This document shows, one piece after another, positions 19,605 to 30,089 of a stretch of DNA of 64,000 bases; positions within the stretch are counted from its first letter, which is position 1, and each line of letters opens with the position of its first letter. The notes under the pieces were generated by a model, which was not told the DNA's origin, made no database searches, and was given only the letters and a program-made list of their open reading frames with translations. A program made the translations under genes and the position numbers. Source of the DNA: a bacterium (GTDB taxonomy: Bacteria; SAR324; NAC60-12). Where the stretch lies: positions 192,001-256,000 of the forward strand of contig CBDBHR010000029.1 of NCBI GenBank assembly GCA_965205865.1, given 5' to 3'.

Positions 19605-21779
19605 TCAAAGTGTTACATTGCGCAATCGTAATGCATTTCCGATAACGGAGACGGAACTGAGACTCATGGCCACGCTGGCAATCATGGGACTGAGAAGAAT
19701 ACCGAAGAACGGATAAAGGACACCGGCGGCAATTGGAACTCCCAGTATATTATAGATGAAGGCCAAAAAGAGATTTTGCCGGATGTTGCGCATGGTTGCC
19801 TGACTGAGTTTCCTTGCCCGGATGATGCCCCGTAAATCCCCTTTGAGGAGTGTGATGCCTGCGCTTTCCATGGCCACATCAGTTCCGTTTCCCATTGCAA
19901 TTCCCACATGGGCCTGAGCCAGGGCAGGGGCATCATTGATTCCGTCTCCCGCCATGGCCACCGTGTATCCTTCTACCTGCAAGCCTTTGACGACATCAAC
20001 TTTTTGATCTGGCAAGACTTCTGCTTTTATCTGATCCAAATGGAGCTTGTGGGCAACCACTTCAGCGGTAACCCGGCTGTCTCCCGTGAGCATGATCACC
20101 CGCAGCCCTGCGTCCTGAAGCATTTGGATGGCTTCCGTTGTCGTCTCTTTGATGGGATCTGAGATACCCAGTAATCCGGCAATTTGGTTTCCGATGGCGG
20201 CAAACACGACGGTTTGACCATCTTGACGCAGTAATTCGGCTTGACCAGCCAGGGAACTGCGATCTATATTCAATGCTTCCAGAAGCTTTTGATTTCCCAC
20301 CGCTACCTGTTTACCAGCAACAATCCCCATCACTCCTTTGCCTGGAATCGCCTGGAAATGTTCAACGTCGGAGAAAGGAATGTTCTTATCCAGCGCATTT
20401 GTGACAATTGCTTCTGCCAGTGGATGTTCACTGCTGCGCTCGATACTTCCCGTCCATTGAAGTAATGCTTCTTCCGTAATAGAGGGAACCGGAACAATCG
20501 CCGTCAAATGGGGCTTCCCTTCTGTCAGAGTTCCGGTTTTATCAACAACCAGCGCATTTACTTTCTCCATCGTTTCCAAGGCTTCGGCGGTTTTAATCAA
20601 CACTCCACTCGTGGCGCCTCTGCCGGTTGCCACCATAATGGACATGGGAGTCGCCAGTCCCAGCGCGCAGGGACAAGCGATGATCAGTACGGCTACCGCA
20701 TTGAGCAAGGCAAAAGCCATCGCCGGTTTGGGACCAAATATTCCCCAAAGGATTGTTGTCAGGATGGCAATCAAAACCACGGTCGGTACAAAGTATTTCG
20801 CAACAAGATCAACCAGACCTTGGATAGGAGCTTTACTGCGCTGCGCGTCACTGACCATCTTGACGATTTGCGCCAAAATCGTTTCTTTTCCCACTCGCCC
20901 GACTTCCATGATAAAACTTCCCGTCCCATTGACGGTCGCTCCAATGATATTGTCTCCTTTTTGCTTTTTAACGGGAATGGATTCGCCAGTGACCATCGAT
21001 TCGTCCACGACGCTGCTTCCTTCCAAAACCACTCCATCAATAGGGATCTTTTCCCCGGGACGAACCCGCAGGTGATCACCAGGTTGCGCATCTTCCAGGA
21101 AGATTTTTTCCTCGGAGCCACCTTCCCGAATCACATGTGCCGTTTTTGGCGCCAATGCCAGCAGGGCCCGGATCGCATTGTTGGTCTGATTGCGGGCGCG
21201 AAGTTCGATGACCTGCCCCAGCAATACCAACACCGTGATGACGACTGCCGCTTCAAAATAGACGGCAACCCCTCCTTCGTGTTCCCGGAAGGATTCCGGA
21301 AAAATATCCGGAAAAAGGATCGCCACCACACTGTAGACATAGGCCACGCCCGTTCCCAGCGCAACCAAGGAATACATATTCAAACTGCGATTGACCAGCG
21401 ACATCCAACCCCTCTCGAAAAGCGGCCTGCCACTCAGGAAAACCACTGGCGTGGCCAAAACCAGTTGGGTCCAAGACAACCATGTTCCAGGTATCATCTT
21501 TTGAAGAGGCTGCCCCGCTATCATTTCCGACATAGCCATAAAAAAAACGGGAAGCCCGAAACAAAGACCCAGCCACATACGTCGCGTCATATCATTTAAT
21601 TCCGTATTGTCTTCCTCCTCCTTACTAATGGCGAATGACTGCAATGCCATGCCGCACATGGGACAGGGTCCCGGTCGTTCCCGGAGAATTTCCGGATGCA
21701 TGGGACAGGCGTATTCCGCTTTCGTCCCTCTTCTCGATGAAGGAGGAGCGGTATCCGCTGAAGTGTGGTCCATTTTCAT
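19605..21779 (-). CDS. copA: Cu(I)-translocating P1B-type ATPase
   Basis: YACPMHP..CPMCGM metal-binding domain, [37 protein letters not shown]. Confidence 0.95.
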   Translation of the reverse strand: MKMDHTSADTAPPSSRRGTKAEYACPMHPEILRERPGPCPMCGMALQSFAISKEEEDNTELNDMTRRMWLGLCFGLPVFFMAMSEMIAGQPLQKMIPGTWLSWTQLVLATPVVFLSGRPLFERGWMSLVNRSLNMYSLVALGTGVAYVYSVVAILFPDIFPESFREHEGGVAVYFEAAVVITVLVLLGQVIELRARNQTNNAIRALLALAPKTAHVIREGGSEEKIFLEDAQPGDHLRVRPGEKIPIDGVVLEGSSVVDESMVTGESIPVKKQKGDNIIGATVNGTGSFIMEVGRVGKETILAQIVKMVSDAQRSKAPIQGLVDLVAKYFVPTVVLIAILTTILWGIFGPKPAMAFALLNAVAVLIIACPCALGLATPMSIMVATGRGATSGVLIKTAEALETMEKVNALVVDKTGTLTEGKPHLTAIVPVPSITEEALLQWTGSIERSSEHPLAEAIVTNALDKNIPFSDVEHFQAIPGKGVMGIVAGKQVAVGNQKLLEALNIDRSSLAGQAELLRQDGQTVVFAAIGNQIAGLLGISDPIKETTTEAIQMLQDAGLRVIMLTGDSRVTAEVVAHKLHLDQIKAEVLPDQKVDVVKGLQVEGYTVAMAGDGINDAPALAQAHVGIAMGNGTDVAMESAGITLLKGDLRGIIRARKLSQATMRNIRQNLFLAFIYNILGVPIAAGVLYPFFGILLSPMIASVAMSLSSVSVIGNALRLRNVTL

Positions 21780-21806
21780 CTTCTGACTCTTAAAAAACTG
21801 GGGGTT

Positions 21807-22229
21807 TTATTTCTTTCGTCCAAACAAGCGCAGCTGTTTGTATTTTTTACGATGGAGGCCCAGCATTGCATCACGCAGGGTTTTTTGCAATTTTTCCTTC
21901 TGATGGTTTTGCAGCCCTTCACGCCTGAGGACATGGATGCGGGATAGGTAGTCGTATCCTTTGAGCAGTGAAGGTTGGTTGGTGCGGGAATTAAAATACT
22001 GATGGGCTTCCAAGGCCATTTTTTCACGGCAGGCTGCGCAGAGGGCAATGAGATTCTCTCTGCTATGGTTGTATTCGTTTCCATCCATCGCAAAAATGGT
22101 AAGCGCACTTTCTTTTCCGGCAGTGGCGTGTTTTATCGAGCAGCAGGCGCAACCCCATCCAAAATCGCTTTTAATTTCCTCTGCCAGGGCTTCCCATTGG
22201 GTGCGGGATTTGGATTTTTCATTCGCCAT
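21807..22229 (-). CDS. Small Zn-finger HNH-fold protein with degenerate active site and C-terminal QLRLF motif
   Basis: CACC...LTIFAMDGNEYNHSRENLIALCAACR aligns with CxxC...L.VHH.DG...N....NL..LCxxCH. Confidence 0.6.
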   Translation of the reverse strand: MANEKSKSRTQWEALAEEIKSDFGWGCACCSIKHATAGKESALTIFAMDGNEYNHSRENLIALCAACREKMALEAHQYFNSRTNQPSLLKGYDYLSRIHVLRREGLQNHQKEKLQKTLRDAMLGLHRKKYKQLRLFGRKK

Positions 22230-22318
22230 CACTCTCTTCAAATGAAAATTACTAAGGCTAAACTCCTGAATTTATTCTTTCGTAAAATTTGATTTCAGCA
22301 GCTTCAATCAAAGCAAAT

Positions 22319-23575
22319 TCATCCGGTTGACTTCATTTCAGGGACATCTTGCTTTTCTGTCAGTGGCATAGAACGCGTCCACATCAGCAAGATGACCAGG
22401 ATGCAGAGACCCCCACCCACTCCAACAGGCCATCCCAGACTGAAAAAACCGGACAGCCAGCCCATCAGTAGAGCGCCTATGGCAGGACCACCTCGAAAGA
22501 TCATACCCCAGAGACTGAGCACCCGACCTCTCATTTTTCCTGGCACTGCATGTTGGATCAGTGTTTGCGTGGAAACCCCAAATGTCACCATGGTGATCCC
22601 GGAAATGGCCATCGCCATTACTGCAACCCAGAATTGATCAGTACTTGCAAAAATCATCATGAACAATCCGGAGATTGCCAGGCTGACCATCGCAATTGTC
22701 AGCAGCCCGTCATGCTTGCCCCTCTGAGCAACCCAAACACCTCCGACAATGGCGCCCAACCCAACCGCCGAGGTCAGGATGGATAAACCCGCAGCGCCCC
22801 GGTGAAAAACTTCATCCGCAAAACCGGGTAGAAGTTCAAAGACCGGCCGACAAAGGAAAGAAGCGGTTAGCATGAAAATCATGATCCGCATCACGATCGG
22901 ATGCGAAATGGCATAGCGCATTCCATGCATCGCGTCAGTGAAGATTCCTTTATGCCGTGATGCCAATTCTTGCGCTGGTAAACGGAGAAATAGTAAAGCA
23001 AGGATCATCGTTAGAAATGTCATGGCATTGATTGCAAAAGCAACTGCCACTCCATAACCGCTAATTACCAACCCAGCGATTGCCGGACCGATGAAACGAG
23101 CCAGGTTGAACATCACTGAATTGATCGCAATCGCCGAAGCCATGTCATGGCTCCGCACTAAGCTGTGGACCAGTGAGAGGCGAGCCGGCAAATTCAGCGA
23201 AATAACAATCCCATGAAACAAAGAGGCCAGAAAAAGTCCATAGATGTTGATCCAGTCGAATGCAGTGAGAAGACACAACACAATTGCTTGAATCAACGCC
23301 AGGATTGCGCACAGCTGTAAAATCGTTCGCCGGTCGTACCAATCGGCGATCACACCGGCAAAGGGGGCAACGATTATAACTGGAAAAAGATCGGCAAAAG
23401 CTACCGCTCCCAGCCAAAACCCGGATTTGGTTAGCTCCCAAGCCAACCACCCCACCGCCAGACGTTGCACCCAAACACCAATCAAGGAAAAGGCATTCCC
23501 GCAGGTGTAGATGGCATAATTACGATTTAAAAACAAACTGTGAATTGCTGACAATCCTGAAATAGCGTTACTCAT
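22319..23575 (-). CDS. MFS transporter (H+ antiporter / macrolide-efflux-like family)
   Basis: 12 hydrophobic segments; GVIADWYDRR motif A, FNLARFIGPAIAG, MRGRVLS. Confidence 0.9.
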   Translation of the reverse strand: MSNAISGLSAIHSLFLNRNYAIYTCGNAFSLIGVWVQRLAVGWLAWELTKSGFWLGAVAFADLFPVIIVAPFAGVIADWYDRRTILQLCAILALIQAIVLCLLTAFDWINIYGLFLASLFHGIVISLNLPARLSLVHSLVRSHDMASAIAINSVMFNLARFIGPAIAGLVISGYGVAVAFAINAMTFLTMILALLFLRLPAQELASRHKGIFTDAMHGMRYAISHPIVMRIMIFMLTASFLCRPVFELLPGFADEVFHRGAAGLSILTSAVGLGAIVGGVWVAQRGKHDGLLTIAMVSLAISGLFMMIFASTDQFWVAVMAMAISGITMVTFGVSTQTLIQHAVPGKMRGRVLSLWGMIFRGGPAIGALLMGWLSGFFSLGWPVGVGGGLCILVILLMWTRSMPLTEKQDVPEMKSTG

Positions 23576-23610
23576 AAAATTATTGTTCCAAGTTGATTAG
23601 TTCGTTGATT

Positions 23611-23681
23611 TGTCGTCCCTGACAAGATCCGGGATCCGGATAGCGTGGCATGCGCAGGTTTCCTGGTCAATCCGGGAATGA
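23611..23681. repeat. Degenerate GTCA...TGAC-type REP-like palindrome
   Basis: TGTCGTCCCTGAC..ATCCGGGATCC...GGTCAATCCGGGAATGA; same family as 47351, 51913 and 62846. Confidence 0.5.
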
Positions 23682-23703
23682 AAAAATAGAAAATCACAGG
23701 CTA

Positions 23704-24333
23704 CTATTTAGTGCGATAAAGCCGGTCTCCGGCATCTCCCAAACCGGGTAGGATGTAGCCATGATCGTTGAGCCTCTCGTCAATGGCTGCGGTGTAAATC
23801 GCCACATCCGGATGGTGTTTTCGCAATTCTTCGGTGCCTTCTCGCGCAGCCAGCAGACAAACAAATTTCAATGATCGGGGTTTCACTGATTTGAGACGGT
23901 CCAAGGCTGCGGATGCGGAATGCCCGGTGGCCAGCATCGGGTCTACGACAATCAAATCCTTTCCAGCAACGTCTGGCGGCATTTTAAAATAATATTCCAC
24001 GGCAGCCAGAGTTTTGGGATCTCGATAGAGGCCAATGTGCCCAACCCTTGCTGAAGGCACCAACTGAAGCATGCCATCCAAAATCCCATTGCCTGCTCTC
24101 AAGATGGAGACTAATACCAGATTTTTACCGTCAAAAAACGGAGCATTCATGGGACATAAAGGTGTTTCGATATCTGCAAAATATAGAGGGAAATCGCGTG
24201 TCACTTCATAAGCCAGCAAGGTGCTGATTTCTTTGAGTAGATCCCGAAACTGGTTGCAACTGGTTTCCTTTTGCCTCATCAGGCTCAACTTATGTTGTAC
24301 AAGAGGATGTGAAATGACCGTTACTTCAGACAA
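23704..24333 (-). CDS. upp: Uracil phosphoribosyltransferase
   Basis: [42 protein letters not shown] start. Confidence 0.97.
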   Translation of the reverse strand: MSEVTVISHPLVQHKLSLMRQKETSCNQFRDLLKEISTLLAYEVTRDFPLYFADIETPLCPMNAPFFDGKNLVLVSILRAGNGILDGMLQLVPSARVGHIGLYRDPKTLAAVEYYFKMPPDVAGKDLIVVDPMLATGHSASAALDRLKSVKPRSLKFVCLLAAREGTEELRKHHPDVAIYTAAIDERLNDHGYILPGLGDAGDRLYRTK

Positions 24334-24354
24334 CGCAACTTTCCTTTCTTTTGA

Positions 24355-24479
24355 GTGTATTCGAAGACCGTCCCATCAGTGAAGACGAAATCCGCTTTGT
24401 GGCTGCGGCAGGAGTCTTCCGGATTTTTGAATTGGATAACATTCTGATGCATAAAGAGTCATCCATTCCGGTATTCGGT
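24355..24479 (-). pseudogene. Remnant of URC4/Urg3 (DUF1688) gene
   Basis: Manual translation [38 protein letters not shown] joins the family EYRNGGLF motif to the terminal (S)DGTVF motif; in-frame TGA at 24459-24461. Confidence 0.7.
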
Positions 24480-24699
24480 TAATAAGAATCCAAGGAAATA
24501 ATTTTGCTGGGATCTGCCCAAATCGGATGGGACCAATTATGCTGGTAATGGCTGTGTTTGTCAGATCGGACTTATGTTCCAGGTCCGGTTTACGCGCCGT
24601 CGCGCCCTGTGCTCGATAGATGGCAAACGATCCTGAATGGGCGCCAATTACATTACGATGAGCTCGCTTGCCGACACTGTCAGTAATGGGTCCCCCTCG
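24480..24699 (-). pseudogene. Remnant of URC1/Urg1 GTP-cyclohydrolase-II-like gene (N-terminal domain)
   Basis: RGGPI...HRNVIGAHSGSFAIYRA...HKSDLTNTA...IGP, then a frameshift to PIWADPSKIISLDS; no start codon. Confidence 0.75.
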
Positions 24700-24713
24700 T
24701 CAATCACGATCGC

Positions 24714-25751
24714 TCAGGCAGCAGGCCGGATATGTACTTTGATGGATTGACTTTTCTTGTCAAGAGCAGCCGCAAAGGCTTGGTTGACTTCATTCAATGC
24801 GAAACGGTGGGTTACGAGAGCGCGAGCCGCTTCCCCATGATCGCTGAGAATTTCCAAAGCCATTTGGTAATTGGCTTTGCCACTCATGTTGCCATAAAGC
24901 ACGGCGCCAATGATGGCTCGATCCATAATTTGAAACGATTTGAATGCAACTGTCGGGGAAAAAAACACTCCCAAGACCAAAACTCGTCCCAGGGGTCGTA
25001 CGCTGCACAAGGCTTGATTGAGCGTATCACCATGCCCCCCCACAGTTTCAATGGCCAGATCGAACGCATCTTGCTTGACCAGTTCAGCCAAACGTTCTCG
25101 TCCTGTTTCATCATCACCCAACACTTCGTCAGCGCCCAATTGCCTGGCGAGTTCTTGCTGTTGTTGGTGGCGAGCAATGATTATGGCATTCGCGCCAAGC
25201 GCTTTCACGTTGATCAAGGCCCCCAGTCCAACCGTACCCGCTCCGACAATCAAAGCAGTTTCATAAAAGCGTAAATCGACTCGCTCCAGGCCATAGACAG
25301 AGCAGGTCAACGGTTCGGCAAGGGCGGCAAGTTCGCTATCAAAGCCTCGAGGAGCCTTGAAGGCGGTGTAACCCGGCACATTGACATATTCGCTCATTCC
25401 GCCATCGTATGATTCTCCGACGACCCCACGCTTTCTACAAACCTGGTAAGCGCCGGTCATACAGAATCGGCAAGTGCCACAACGAGTCACTGGTTCGATT
25501 CCCACCATGTCTCCTTCGCACAAATGTTTCACATTGCTGCCCACGGCGCTCACCACTCCTCCGATTTCATGACCGGGGACTGCACCGAAGGTGACAGGCT
25601 TGTCTCCCCGTACGTAATGCAGGTCAGAGCCGCAAATACCGGCGCTGCCAACCCGGACCTGGACTTGATCCGGTTGGGGATCTGAAACCGAAATCTTTTC
25701 TACTTGTAAGTCACGGGATTCCAACCATCGCGCGGCTAAATTTTCCTTCAT
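24714..25751 (-). CDS. Zn-dependent (MDR) alcohol/sugar dehydrogenase
   Basis: GICGSDLH, GHE, CGTCRFC..G...VC, AEPL, GAGTVG. Confidence 0.93.
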   Translation of the reverse strand: MKENLAARWLESRDLQVEKISVSDPQPDQVQVRVGSAGICGSDLHYVRGDKPVTFGAVPGHEIGGVVSAVGSNVKHLCEGDMVGIEPVTRCGTCRFCMTGAYQVCRKRGVVGESYDGGMSEYVNVPGYTAFKAPRGFDSELAALAEPLTCSVYGLERVDLRFYETALIVGAGTVGLGALINVKALGANAIIIARHQQQQELARQLGADEVLGDDETGRERLAELVKQDAFDLAIETVGGHGDTLNQALCSVRPLGRVLVLGVFFSPTVAFKSFQIMDRAIIGAVLYGNMSGKANYQMALEILSDHGEAARALVTHRFALNEVNQAFAAALDKKSQSIKVHIRPAA

Positions 25752-25855
25752 GGATATCTCCTGTTATTAATGAATGATTACAGCTCTTTACTTGCCTGCT
25801 ATTAGTTTTTCTCGTTCCGTACTTCCTTTGATCAATTCTGGGTAAGGAGCCATTC

Positions 25856-26413
25856 TCACTCTTCTTTCTCCTGGAACTCTTCCTCTTCCTCCTGTTGTAC
25901 GTGATCTTCCAAAGGGATTGCGCAGAAATCGGACAAAGTCTGCGCCGTTTTCCGCAATTCTTTAATGCCGGAACCCTTGGCCATATCCAACTTATGAATG
26001 GCATTGTCCTCTGTTTCGATGGCAAGGGATGCAGCCTTACGACCGACGAGTAATCCACCTCGTTTTCCCCTGGTCTGGCTGATGCCTCGTGGAAACTCAT
26101 CGAGTGAAATGCGCTTCAGACTATTCAGCGGTTTTTGATTCCTGGAATAAAAAAAAATAAACCCGACATGGCGTTCAAACAGATTGGTTTCTTTATCAAA
26201 AATCCAGCGCTCCAAATACATAGAGGCGATCAAGCAGATCAAACAAAGGCTGAGAGCCAGAAAATTCTCTCTGACGAATACAGGTCCATCGACTTCTCCC
26301 ACAATTATGGCGAAGAGAAGTACTGCAGAGCCAAAAAAAATAATGCGGAATCCATTGGAAGTGGCATAAACCATCCTCTCTTCCCCTTCGGTATTTAAGA
26401 CTGGACCAAACAT
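25856..26413 (-). CDS. Hypothetical membrane protein (two TM helices plus soluble C-terminal domain)
   Basis: AGGAG RBS before ATG 26413; two hydrophobic segments; acidic tail. Confidence 0.65.
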   Translation of the reverse strand: MFGPVLNTEGEERMVYATSNGFRIIFFGSAVLLFAIIVGEVDGPVFVRENFLALSLCLICLIASMYLERWIFDKETNLFERHVGFIFFYSRNQKPLNSLKRISLDEFPRGISQTRGKRGGLLVGRKAASLAIETEDNAIHKLDMAKGSGIKELRKTAQTLSDFCAIPLEDHVQQEEEEEFQEKEE

Positions 26414-26429
26414 GATTCCATCTCCTTTG

Positions 26430-27422
26430 TCAGTTGAAATCGAACAACTCGATTTCAAAAATAAGAGTTTCGTTGGCACCGATGTTACCTCCTGACCCTC
26501 TTTTTCCATAAGCGAGTTCGGGGGGAATAACCACTTCCCAGCGGGAGCCCACCGGCATTAACTGTAATACTTCTCTCCATCCACGGATGATACCTCTCAA
26601 ATTAAAGGTGATGGGTTTTCCTTCTCCGGAGCCGTCGAACTGCGTGCCATTGATTAGACGACCCGTGTAGTGTACTTGCGCATTGTCTTGCGGACCGGGA
26701 GTTGACCCGCTACCTTCTTTGAGGACCCGATATTGTATACCACTTTCCAATTCAACTACGCCTGGCTTTTGCCGGTTTTTTTCCCGATACGCATCTCCTC
26801 GCTCCCGGTTGGCCCGAGCAAGGTCGGCTGCCTTTTTCAGTTTTTCTTGTTCCTTGGGATCTACGGGTTTTATTTCTTCGTCCGGGTCCGGGTAAGGGGG
26901 GTCTAATACCAGGCGTTCCAAGACGTGATACCAGCTTTCGTGAACGGTGTAGATGTCCCGAGATGCGCGAAGCCGGACATAATAGCCCTGACGATCGGGG
27001 GTGGGATCTCCAACATCGATCTCGATCGTTTTCTGATTCTCCAAAGTCAGATCGATTTGCATGTGGGGGGGTGTCATGCCATAAACTTCAAGCTGTTCAT
27101 CGGTGGCATTGGCAGCAATCCTTCGCTCAGCGCCCGGACCACTCAGCAACAGCGGGATACCGCCACCCCAGCGCTCCATATTTACTTTTGGTCCATCCGG
27201 CTCATCAAAATACCAGTAGCGATCGTCGTGCTTGACCCAAGACTCGCTTCTCTCTCGCGGAGGAATACTGATCGACATTTTCGCTAATTCTTCCATTTCC
27301 ACGTCCCAGACAAAGGGACGGGGTTCAGTGGGAGGGGGGGGGTCGGTTTGACTGCTGTAATAATAAACCACACCCAATACCACCAGAAAAACTGCTAAAG
27401 CGAGAAGACTGCGCAGACCCAT
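26430..27422 (-). CDS. DUF4340-like membrane-anchored protein fused to an FkpA/Mip-type FKBP PPIase
   Basis: N-terminal TM; LEVYGM.PP, IDVGDPTP..GYYVR (DUF4340-like); then ESGIQYRVLKEGSG, VHYTGRLINGTQFD, IRGWREVLQLM, IPPELAYG, LIFEIEL. Confidence 0.85.
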   Translation of the reverse strand: MGLRSLLALAVFLVVLGVVYYYSSQTDPPPPTEPRPFVWDVEMEELAKMSISIPPRERSESWVKHDDRYWYFDEPDGPKVNMERWGGGIPLLLSGPGAERRIAANATDEQLEVYGMTPPHMQIDLTLENQKTIEIDVGDPTPDRQGYYVRLRASRDIYTVHESWYHVLERLVLDPPYPDPDEEIKPVDPKEQEKLKKAADLARANRERGDAYREKNRQKPGVVELESGIQYRVLKEGSGSTPGPQDNAQVHYTGRLINGTQFDGSGEGKPITFNLRGIIRGWREVLQLMPVGSRWEVVIPPELAYGKRGSGGNIGANETLIFEIELFDFN

Positions 27423-27439
27423 AAACTTTCTCTCCTAAA

Positions 27440-28939
27440 TTATCTTCGACGCCAGCGGACATAACCGCCCAGCACTAAAAGAAGGAATGGAAGCAGGCCT
27501 ATGCTCGAGACATGGACGAACCTTACTTGTTCGGGACTGAGGATCAGCCGGCGTAGTGGAAGTACTTTGCGATCCACTGAAATGATTTCCGCATCTGCCG
27601 TAAGCATGTTCACGGTGTTGAGGAACAGGTCGCTGTTATTACCATTGTAAAAATGTTGATTGGTGGCAAAGTCAGAATCCCCGATGATCACCAGTCGGGT
27701 ATCTTTTCTAGCAACAAGGACACCAACGGCAAATGGCCCTTTCTTGTCATCAGGCGCATTGAGTTCCGGCGTTTCATTGGCAATGAAGTTCGTTTCCAGC
27801 CAACTTTCCCTGCTGGTCCAGGCCAAGGGTTGGATCTTGACACTTTCCGGTATGTCTTTTTGAGGAATAAAGCCGGTTGCACCGGGGAAATAGATTTCCG
27901 TAAAACCGAAGCTGTTCTGAGTCCGCGGAATCAGGGGATGATCGATGTTGGGAGCGACATGAGAGGCCATGTCGACCAAAGTACCCTTTCCCAGGTCGAT
28001 CCACCAGTCCGCAAGCAACTGTTTCCAAGTCTCGGGAGGATCGGGATTGAGGAAAAGCATGACTCTTCCACCGTTTTCGAGATAAGTCTTAAGAGTCTCG
28101 ATTTCCCGGCTTCCCAATTCTTTTTGTGGTCCAGCGATGACAAGAGCAGCGGCATCTTCCGGAATACCGAAAGGGGAGAGCAGGTCAACCTCACCCACTT
28201 GGAAAAGATTGTCTTTCAAGCCAGACCGAGCCGTAGAATATTCAGATTGGATACTGCTTTCGCCATGACCCTTGATGAAGTAGATTTTTTTTTGCTTGAT
28301 GCCCGTGACCTGCAAGATGGCACTTGTGAAGGCGTGTTCCGCTTCTGCTGAGATTTGCGGTCCATAGACTTGGCTCTGTCCTTCTTCACTGGAAAAGACC
28401 ACGGAACCGTACATGGCTCCCAATTGATTCAACCCGTATTGCCTCGCCTGGTCCGGGTTGAGATCGGGATCCACGGTGCGGATGGTGAGTTGATCGCTGT
28501 AGAGTTTGTATTCATCCAGCAGGAACCGGGCATACAAACTGACTTGCACCGGCACGGTGGGCGTGAAGAAACTGATGATCTCCACCGGTTTGTCCAATTC
28601 CTCCAGCATGTCTTTGGTCTGGGAGGTCAGGGTGAACTGAGCCAGTCCCGTGAAATCAAATCGGTAGAATGCAGTCACGCTGATTGCATTTACCAACACA
28701 ATAATGGCCACAAAGAGCGAAACCCCCACGGTGGTGGAGGTTCCAAACTTCCCGTGGTGACTAACCAGCGCATTTTGCACCCGTCGGAAATCAAAGACAA
28801 AAGCCAGCGCGACGAGCGCCGCCCCCAAGGCCAGTATGATCCAGGCATAGAAACGAATGCCCGGCATGACGAAATTGAGCACCAGCCCCACAAATAGCGT
28901 GGCGATTCCCAGTAAAGCAATGACTGTAGTTTGTTGCAT
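27440..28939 (-). CDS. GldG-family ABC auxiliary component
   Basis: RFDFT..AQFTLTSQTK, VDPD.NPDQARQYG, AE..FTSAILQV, YFIKGHGE, LVIAGP, VIIGDSDF, N.DLFLN.VN; start ATG 28939 coupled to the upstream stop. Confidence 0.88.
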   Translation of the reverse strand: MQQTTVIALLGIATLFVGLVLNFVMPGIRFYAWIILALGAALVALAFVFDFRRVQNALVSHHGKFGTSTTVGVSLFVAIIVLVNAISVTAFYRFDFTGLAQFTLTSQTKDMLEELDKPVEIISFFTPTVPVQVSLYARFLLDEYKLYSDQLTIRTVDPDLNPDQARQYGLNQLGAMYGSVVFSSEEGQSQVYGPQISAEAEHAFTSAILQVTGIKQKKIYFIKGHGESSIQSEYSTARSGLKDNLFQVGEVDLLSPFGIPEDAAALVIAGPQKELGSREIETLKTYLENGGRVMLFLNPDPPETWKQLLADWWIDLGKGTLVDMASHVAPNIDHPLIPRTQNSFGFTEIYFPGATGFIPQKDIPESVKIQPLAWTSRESWLETNFIANETPELNAPDDKKGPFAVGVLVARKDTRLVIIGDSDFATNQHFYNGNNSDLFLNTVNMLTADAEIISVDRKVLPLRRLILSPEQVRFVHVSSIGLLPFLLLVLGGYVRWRRR

Positions 28940-29655
28940 CAGCGCCACCTTTCCGTTTGAATTGATCTGACCGACAAAAAGAGGAACGCGGCCGTTACGC
29001 TTAGATAATAGACGATATCGCGGGTGTCCACCACTCCCCTGACAAATCCGGGGAAATGTTGCGAGAGCGAGAAGTAAGAAAGAAATCCCGAGACAGGCTC
29101 CGGTAGTAAGTTTGCAGCAGATCCCAGAAACCACATGCCAAAGAGGATACCTCCTGCAACGACGGCGGCAACGATCTGATTCGTGGTGAGAGACGATGCG
29201 AAAATCCCAATTGCCAGGGAAGCGCTGCCCAATAATATCAGGCCCAGATAGCTGGTAGCAATGGGTCCCAGGTCCGGATCTCCAAGGATGAATAAAAGAA
29301 TTGGATAATACAAGGTGAGCAACAACATTCCCACCATCACGGCGAGGCAACTGCAAAATTTTCCCAGCACGATCTCGATCTCTCTCACCGGGGCGGTGAG
29401 CAGCAACTCCCATGTTCCCAGCTTGCGCTCTTCGGAAATCAGGCGCATTGTGAGCAACGCCGCAAACAATAGAATCAGCAATTGGCCGGCATCGAGGAAG
29501 CCCCTCACCGTAGTATCGGTATAGCTGGTATTGGCAAGATACAAAGTGAAAGAGGCGCCGGATAACGCCAAAAAAATGGCGGTCACAATATAGGCCATTG
29601 GTGAGGTCAGGTATGTCCCGAGCTCTTTTCCGCAAATGAGATAAATATGTTTCAA
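28939..29655 (-). CDS. GldF-like ABC-2 permease
   Basis: KELGTYLTSPMAY, LTMRLISEERKLGTWELLLTAP, IVLGKF, SSLTTNQIVA, RGVVD.RD..YY. Confidence 0.9.
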   Translation of the reverse strand: MKHIYLICGKELGTYLTSPMAYIVTAIFLALSGASFTLYLANTSYTDTTVRGFLDAGQLLILLFAALLTMRLISEERKLGTWELLLTAPVREIEIVLGKFCSCLAVMVGMLLLTLYYPILLFILGDPDLGPIATSYLGLILLGSASLAIGIFASSLTTNQIVAAVVAGGILFGMWFLGSAANLLPEPVSGFLSYFSLSQHFPGFVRGVVDTRDIVYYLSVTAAFLFLSVRSIQTERWR

Positions 29656-30089
29656 AAGTTCTCCTCCTCTTTGAATTTCTCTTAAAAATGTTTCGCTTAC
29701 ATTTTTAAAAGCATTGTTGAATTTAAGGTGCGGACAATCGTTTCTTTACTGTCTATCAACGGAATCGTCCATGTAAAGATGGACAGCAAGGGGTAATTTT
29801 TTTAATTTTATTAAAAATTTTTTTTAGTCAAGATGGCAAATATATCCATATTTTCAATGCATTAAAAATAACAATTGAAAATAGTACATCAGATTTTTTG
29901 CAAAGTCAAAAGAGAATCATACAAAAAAAAAAAAGAAAGCGAAAGAAAAAAGAAAGCGTGGGGCATGCTTCATTGGAAAAATCTCTTGACAACCTCGTAC
30001 AATTTTCAATATATCAGCAATGTTATAAAGATGAAACAGTTTCTGTTTCCTGAATTTTCAGTAAAAGGCGCATAGGGAGGAAAGCATTC

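Noticed and set aside
27440-29635. 731-aa ORF read as a single protein
   Set aside because: The first ~230 codons overlap gldF in another frame; the real start is ATG 28939
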